Positions 58,628-64,000 of a DNA stretch of 64,000 bases are shown one piece after another. The position numbers and the translations under genes were made by a program. Positions within the stretch are counted from its first letter, which is position 1. The number at the start of each line of letters is the position of its first letter. The notes beneath the pieces were generated by a model. The model did not search any database. It saw only the letters and a list, made by a program, of their open reading frames with translations, and had not been told where the DNA came from. Source of the DNA: an uncultured delta proteobacterium (lineage in GTDB: Bacteria > Myxococcota_A > Polyangia > Polyangiales > Polyangiaceae); assembly GCA_963716725.1 (NCBI GenBank), contig CAVQUB010000002.1:128001-192000 (forward strand). Reading direction: 5' to 3'.

Positions 58628-59881
58628 GTGAAGTGTGACCGGTGCGGGCGGGACAATCCCCCGAGCCTCAGGTTCTGCCAAGACTGCGGGAATCGCCTGC
58701 AAGCTGCATCTGCGCGCGCCGTGGAGCCGACCCCGCCCCGGGGCGTGCCGCTGGCGGACGTCCGCGCCAGGCCCGCCGCACCCGATTTCGACTTTGCACC
58801 GCGCGCGGCGCCGCACGAAAGCGACGCTCACTGCGGCCGCTGCGGCGCCGCGAATCCAGCGGGTTCACGCTTCTGCGCCGACTGCGGTGGGGGCATTGGC
58901 GGCGTTCCGGCGCCGGCCGAGCCCCGATCGGATCCCGCCCCCGCTGGCCGCCCATCGGCCGCCCTGCACGCCGCCCCCGTGGTTGGTCTCGCCGCGGGCG
59001 CGCTGGTCGAGCAGCCACCGGTCGTCTGCTCGAGATGTCGGGGCAGCAACGCTCCCCAGATGGCGTACTGCCAGTACTGCGGCGGGCGGCTTCAAGACGG
59101 CCCCCCCCCGCGCGAGGCGCCAGAGCCGGCACCGCCGGCACCGCCGGCCCACCAGCCGGTAGTCGCCCCGGCTGCACCCGCACCGCCGACCGCGCCCCGC
59201 GCGCCAGCGCCCGCCCCGGCCCGCCGGGCGAAGCTCATCGTCGTGGCGCAGGACGGCAGCCCCGGCCGCGAGTACCCGCTGTCGCTCCCGACCACTGACA
59301 TCGGCCGGACCGAGGGCTCGATTTTGCTCCCGAACGACCCTTACGTATCCCCACGCCATGCCCGGATTTCCCTCCGGGAGGGCCGCTATTTCATCCGCGA
59401 CCTCGAAAGTACGAACCGCGTGTTCGTGCGGCTCCGGACCCCCGCCCAGTTGCGTTCTGGGGACTTGGTGTTGATCGGGCTTGAGGTGTTAAGGTTCGAC
59501 CTGGTGAACGCCGCCGACAAAGGTCTGGGCCCTGCGATGGACGGGGAAACACAGGTCTTCGGGTCCCCGATGCTCCCTCGATACGCCCGCCTCTGTCAGC
59601 GCACCGTCGAGGGTGTCACTCGGGATATTTATCATGTGTCGAAGGACGAGGTGGTCCTCGGTCGCGAGGCGGGAGACATCGTGTTCACGACCGATCCCTT
59701 CATGAGCCGCCGCCACGCTTCGCTGACGCGGGGCCGCGACGGCGCATTCGCCCTCGCCGACCTGGGCTCTTCCAACGGAACCTACTTGGCGATCCGCGAT
59801 GAGATTGCGCTCTCGAACGGCGATCACGTCCGCGTGGGCCAGCACCTTTTCCGGCTCGAGCAGAGCGGCGGTCAGAGCTGA
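58628..59881 (+). CDS. Zinc-ribbon (3 double-CxxC units) plus two FHA domains
   Basis: CDRC..CQDC, CGRC..CADC, CSRC..CQYC; IGR...SPRH...STN and LGR...SRRH...SSNGT. Confidence 0.88.
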   Translation: MKCDRCGRDNPPSLRFCQDCGNRLQAASARAVEPTPPRGVPLADVRARPAAPDFDFAPRAAPHESDAHCGRCGAANPAGSRFCADCGGGIGGVPAPAEPRSDPAPAGRPSAALHAAPVVGLAAGALVEQPPVVCSRCRGSNAPQMAYCQYCGGRLQDGPPPREAPEPAPPAPPAHQPVVAPAAPAPPTAPRAPAPAPARRAKLIVVAQDGSPGREYPLSLPTTDIGRTEGSILLPNDPYVSPRHARISLREGRYFIRDLESTNRVFVRLRTPAQLRSGDLVLIGLEVLRFDLVNAADKGLGPAMDGETQVFGSPMLPRYARLCQRTVEGVTRDIYHVSKDEVVLGREAGDIVFTTDPFMSRRHASLTRGRDGAFALADLGSSNGTYLAIRDEIALSNGDHVRVGQHLFRLEQSGGQS

Positions 59882-59882
59882 G

Positions 59883-61085
59883 ATGGCAGACGCTTCAAAA
59901 GCCATTCGCCTGCACGTGTTCGGTCGTACGGACGTCGGACAGATTCGCGAGCACAACGAGGACAACTTCCTCGTCGCGGACCTGAGCCGAAAGAGCCGGA
60001 GCCTCCTCGAGTCGGATCGTCATCAAGTCGTCGGCGAGCGCGGCACCGTCCTCGGCGTATGCGACGGCATGGGTGGAGCCGCCGCGGGCGAGGTGGCGAG
60101 CCAACTCGCGGTGGACATCATCTACGAAAAGCTGACTCAGGGGGACACTCCCACGAGCCGCGACGACCTGGCTCGGCGCCTGGTGCAGTCCGTCGAAGAC
60201 GCCGGCATGCGGATCTTCAACGAGGCCAGGGCCGATCGTACGCGCCGAGGCATGGGCACGACTTCGACCATCGCCGCGCTGCTCGATGGCCACCTGTTTG
60301 TGGCCCAGGTCGGCGACAGTCGAGCCTACATCCTGCGCAAGGGCGAGCTGGTGCAGGTCACTCGTGACCAATCGTTGGTCAATCAGCTGATCGAAGCCGG
60401 CCAGCTCACGGAGGAAGAAGCCGAGACCTTCGAGCACAACAACATCATTTTGCAGGCCCTCGGCACCGCCGACACCGTGCAGGTCGATCTCACCCACGTG
60501 GACCTGCGCCTGGACGACGTGTTGATGATCTGTTCGGACGGGCTCTCCGGGATGATCCGCGCCGACGAGATGCGAGAAGTGCTGACGACCGTGCCGGACC
60601 CGCTCGAGGCCTGCAAGGTGTTGACGGAACGCGCGAACCTCGCCGGGGGTCACGACAACATCACGGTGATCGTCGCCAGATTCGAGGGCGACTCGTTGCC
60701 GGTCCCGACGCCCGCGGACGTAGTGAAGTATGCCAAGTACGCGCTGCCCGACGCCGGCGCGGAGCCCGACGCGCGAGTCTCCATCAAGTCGCTCGACGAG
60801 GTCGCGATCGGTCCCAAGTCGGCCGAAGCCTTGCGCGAATCGCGATCACTCAAGGTCTCCCACACCATGGTCGGGATGACGTTCTCGGAGCTCGAAGCCG
60901 AAGAGCCCGCGCTCGCCGCCGGCGCCGCCGCCGCACGTCCCCTGTCCAATCCCCCGCCCGTGTTCACCCTCGACGACGAGCCCGTGCAGATCCCGACCAC
61001 CGGGCTGGCGCCTCCCATGGTCGGCGCCCTGGTGGTCGTCGCCCTGATCGCCGTGTCGGTGTTCGGGTTCCTCCTCCTGCGCTGA
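59883..61085 (+). CDS. PP2C (Stp1/IreP-type) Ser/Thr phosphatase with C-terminal TM
   Basis: TDVGQIREHNED, CDGMGG, GMGTT, VGDSRAY, CSDGL, GGHDNIT. Confidence 0.93.
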   Translation: MADASKAIRLHVFGRTDVGQIREHNEDNFLVADLSRKSRSLLESDRHQVVGERGTVLGVCDGMGGAAAGEVASQLAVDIIYEKLTQGDTPTSRDDLARRLVQSVEDAGMRIFNEARADRTRRGMGTTSTIAALLDGHLFVAQVGDSRAYILRKGELVQVTRDQSLVNQLIEAGQLTEEEAETFEHNNIILQALGTADTVQVDLTHVDLRLDDVLMICSDGLSGMIRADEMREVLTTVPDPLEACKVLTERANLAGGHDNITVIVARFEGDSLPVPTPADVVKYAKYALPDAGAEPDARVSIKSLDEVAIGPKSAEALRESRSLKVSHTMVGMTFSELEAEEPALAAGAAAARPLSNPPPVFTLDDEPVQIPTTGLAPPMVGALVVVALIAVSVFGFLLLR

Positions 61086-61098
61086 GTCGGGGGCATCG

Positions 61099-63519
61099 AT
61101 GCGCCACGCGCTCCGGCGGATCCTGTGGATCGTGCCGACGCTGTTCGTCGTCTCGCTCGGGGTGTTCTGGCTCTTGTCCGCGACGCTGCGGGCAACCCCA
61201 GCCGCGGCGCAGCAGGACGAGGCCACCAGCTTCCGACCCCGCACACCGCCTCGCTTCCTGAACACTCACCCGACGAGCGTCCGCGAGCGCGCCCAAGCCG
61301 CGATGGCCAGCATTGCGCGGGACGACGAGCACTCCGACGCTGCTCGAAGCGATCTCGCTCGCCTCGGCGGGGCCGCACTCCCCCACGTGCTCCCGGAACT
61401 CGACACGCTCGACCCGCGAGGACGAGCGCGCGTGGCTCTGGCCTTGGGACCAGTCGGCAAGCGCATGAACGTCGGGACGTCGGAGGATCGAGGCTCCCCA
61501 GAGAGCGCCGTGCTGTTTTGGACCCGGTTCTGGCAGGACAGGTCCATCGACTTTCGGCCGGCCGTGGCCAAGCGCGCCGTGACACGACTTGGCGAGAAGT
61601 CGTCGGTGGGACGGCGCGACGCCGTGCGCCAGCTCGACACCTTCGCGCTCCCGGCCCTGATCGGCGATATGCCCCCGATCAACGGGGCCGAAGACGTGAA
61701 GCGCGCGACGCGCCTCGCCGCCGAGGCGTCCCGCATTGCCGATCAGCCCTGGCGCATGCCCAAAGACGCGAGCGTCGACCAAGCGCGGAGCGTGGTCCGC
61801 ACCTGGCAAAACTGGTGGCTTCAGCACCGGACCGACTACGTCACGAACGACGGGGCGGAGCGAGTCTTGTCGATGGTGAGCGACACCGAGTACGGGCGCT
61901 GGGCTGCCGACGCTGCGCTCAACCGCCTCGGCGTGACCTCGACGGGGGAGCTAGCGCTGACCCTCCTCTTGGACAAGGCCCCGGTCACGCTGTGGCTCTT
62001 GCTCTCCGGCCTCGCCGGGGGCTGGCTGGTGGGGATCGGGCTCGGGCTCGCGGGCGCTGCCAGAGCCCACCGGCGTTTCGACCTCGTGACCACCGCCGCC
62101 GCCGTGGTGCTCTGCGCGATCCCGATGGCGCTCGCCGCCACCTGGCTCGGTCCCGCCGCTGCCACCGGCGCGGTTCGCGCCGCGGCATCGACGTTGATGG
62201 TGCTGATGGCAGCCGCCATCGTTGCTCGCCACCAACGCAGCGCGACCCGAGTGGCCTTGGATCAGGAATATACGCGCACCGCCCGTGCTTTCGGCGCCAG
62301 CCCTTGGCGACTCGCGCGCTGGAGTTTCCGGAGCTCGAGCGTGGCCGCGCTGTCACTGATCGGAACTCAGCTGCCCCCGCTCCTGACCGGAGCCTTCGTC
62401 CTCGAGCACGCCTTTGGCCTCAATGGCGTCGGTGCGTTCACGTTGCATGCGGTCACGGCGCGCGACGTGACCTGGCTGATGGCGCTGGCGCTGGTGCTCA
62501 CGGCGTCGCTCTCGCTGCTGCAGATCTTCAGCGACGCGGTGCTCAGCGCCCTCGACCCACGCGTCCCGCGTCGGCTTCCTCCGCAATCGGGGGGCGCTCC
62601 CGTGAACCCCAATCGGTGGGCAGCGCGCCTAGCGGCCGTCACCATCGCGCTGGTGGTCTTGGTCGGGGTCTTCGCCGATCTTCTGGCGTCCGATGCGCCG
62701 GTGGTCGCGCGATATCGAGGCGCATGGTTGCTGCTCCCGGCCGTGACCGAGCCGTCGCTTTGGGCTGCGGTCGATCGAGCGGAGCTCGACCAGAGCGGGT
62801 ACGCAATCTGGCCACCCGTGAGGGCGCGGCCCGCCGCGGCGTCACGACAAGACGCGCCCACGCCATCCCGGACCGTCGTGCTCGCCATGACGATCCACGG
62901 CGCGCGCAGCATCCTGATCACGACGCTCGGCGTGCTCGCCATCGCGCTGGCGCTCGGGGTCCCGCTCGGTGCCCTGGCCGGGCGCTCGAATTTGGCCGAC
63001 GGGCTGCTCGCCCGAGCGGTGGAGGTCAGCGGCGCCCTGCCCTCGGTGGTGGTGGTGGTGGCGCTCCAGGCCGGACGCCTGGCCCCCGACTGGCTCGCGC
63101 TCGTGGTCGTGCTCGGCGCGCTGCGAGCTGTCGAAATCGCTCGCCTGGTCCGCGGCGAGGTGTTGCGCGTCAGCGGGACCGACTTCGTGCTCGCCGCCCG
63201 GGCGCTCGGCGCTTCCCCGGTGGGCCTGACCCGGCGACACGTCCTGCCCCACGTTTGGGGACCGGTGACCGTCACCGCCTCCCTCACCGCGGCCAGCGTC
63301 GTCGCGCTCGAGGCGGCACTTTCCTTCGTCGGCCTCGGCCTGCCCGCCGGCGTGCCGAGTTGGGGTCGAACGCTGGGTGAACTCGCGCAGGGTGGCGGAG
63401 CCTGGGCGGCCTTGGGTCCCGTCGGCGCCATCGTCACCACCACCGCGTGCCTGGTGATCGTGGCCGATGCCCTCGACGACCGCCTCTCGGCGCGCCGCGG
63501 CGGTCCGGCACGCGTCTAG
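61099..63519 (+). CDS. Peptide ABC transporter permeases, DppB-like (61099-~62605) and DppC-like (62602-63519), fused in this sequence probably through a +1 indel
   Basis: Two EAA loops (EYTRTARAFG, DFVLAARALG); LDPRV DppB terminus followed by GTGA; PSWG motif. Confidence 0.8.
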   Translation: MRHALRRILWIVPTLFVVSLGVFWLLSATLRATPAAAQQDEATSFRPRTPPRFLNTHPTSVRERAQAAMASIARDDEHSDAARSDLARLGGAALPHVLPELDTLDPRGRARVALALGPVGKRMNVGTSEDRGSPESAVLFWTRFWQDRSIDFRPAVAKRAVTRLGEKSSVGRRDAVRQLDTFALPALIGDMPPINGAEDVKRATRLAAEASRIADQPWRMPKDASVDQARSVVRTWQNWWLQHRTDYVTNDGAERVLSMVSDTEYGRWAADAALNRLGVTSTGELALTLLLDKAPVTLWLLLSGLAGGWLVGIGLGLAGAARAHRRFDLVTTAAAVVLCAIPMALAATWLGPAAATGAVRAAASTLMVLMAAAIVARHQRSATRVALDQEYTRTARAFGASPWRLARWSFRSSSVAALSLIGTQLPPLLTGAFVLEHAFGLNGVGAFTLHAVTARDVTWLMALALVLTASLSLLQIFSDAVLSALDPRVPRRLPPQSGGAPVNPNRWAARLAAVTIALVVLVGVFADLLASDAPVVARYRGAWLLLPAVTEPSLWAAVDRAELDQSGYAIWPPVRARPAAASRQDAPTPSRTVVLAMTIHGARSILITTLGVLAIALALGVPLGALAGRSNLADGLLARAVEVSGALPSVVVVVALQAGRLAPDWLALVVVLGALRAVEIARLVRGEVLRVSGTDFVLAARALGASPVGLTRRHVLPHVWGPVTVTASLTAASVVALEAALSFVGLGLPAGVPSWGRTLGELAQGGGAWAALGPVGAIVTTTACLVIVADALDDRLSARRGGPARV

Positions 63520-63564
63520 GGTGCCGAGCACGAAGAGAAGCCCGAGGACGACGGGCGCCCAGGC

Positions 63565-64000
63565 TCAGGGATCGCGGGGCGGCGGCGGGCTCTCCGGTGC
63601 CTTTTCGCACGCGCGGAGCTCGTCCTCGAAGACCGCAAGGTGAGCATCTTCTCCGAGGACTAGCCAGCGCGTTCTCGGCAGTTGGATCTGCCTGAGGCGG
63701 TCTGCGCTCCGCGAGTGGCGAGGCGGCGGAGCGCCGGTGTCCTTGGCGGGATCGGGCTCCGAAGCGACGGGATCGAAACGAGTGCCGGCGCGCAAGACAC
63801 CGACCCGCGCGCGCCGCTCACCCACCTCAGCCACCAGCGAAAGGTCACGCAAACAGGTGCGCCCGCCCCTCATCGCTGGTCGTCGAGTGCGGTGACTTCC
63901 GCCGAGTCGGCCGCGGGAGCTCGAGGGGGCCGCCGGTCGAAGGTCTTGGGCACGCACCCAGCCGAAGACCAGGAGCTTGGGCGCGTCGATCAGGAGCCGA
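63565..64000 (-). CDS. Hypothetical protein, C-terminal part (runs off the window)
   Basis: Open frame from the window edge (RLLIDAPKLLVFGWVRAQ...) to a stop at 63565. Confidence 0.45.
   Translation of the reverse strand, partial: RLLIDAPKLLVFGWVRAQDLRPAAPSSSRGRLGGSHRTRRPAMRGGRTCLRDLSLVAEVGERRARVGVLRAGTRFDPVASEPDPAKDTGAPPPRHSRSADRLRQIQLPRTRWLVLGEDAHLAVFEDELRACEKAPESPPPPRDP

Noticed and set aside
1..64000. tRNA/rRNA, prophage, reverse transcriptase or defence systems
   Set aside because: No such motifs seen by eye; MazG and the patatin sit in housekeeping contexts

Overview
High-GC, gene-dense chromosomal segment of a myxobacterium (Myxococcota, probably Polyangiales-like; inferred from RomX, Glt-like TPR proteins, a TIGR02266-type PilZ protein and FHA/PP2C/Ser-Thr kinase genes). 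It holds about 55 protein-coding genes; I saw no rRNA, tRNA or CRISPR array. Housekeeping genes (rlmN, mazG, cysK, maf, era, der, ltaE, an RluD-type synthase) are mixed with five notable items. (1) A ~14 kb minus-strand operon encodes a GltC/D/E/F/G-like trans-envelope machine plus a degenerate TolQ/ExbB-like protein and runs into a beta-barrel and an OPX (Wza-like) polysaccharide exporter; a divergent ECF sigma/anti-sigma pair sits at its head. (2) An orphan minimal type II PKS/FAS has one ACP and two KS genes, each fused to a chain-length-factor-like domain. (3) A 1,063-bp non-autonomous IS630 derivative missing from the ORF track has TIRs, a TA duplication and a deleted DDE core, and carries a GxxExxY gene bounded by its own inverted repeats. 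(4) A 27-bp hairpin-like motif occurs as in-frame pairs inside two unrelated genes 26 kb apart. (5) A TAnnnT hexamer recurs 6-11 nt before start codons, suggesting leaderless transcription. Two single-base insertions (KS2 and the dppB/dppC junction) may be assembly errors. All family calls come from motif recognition, not database searches.
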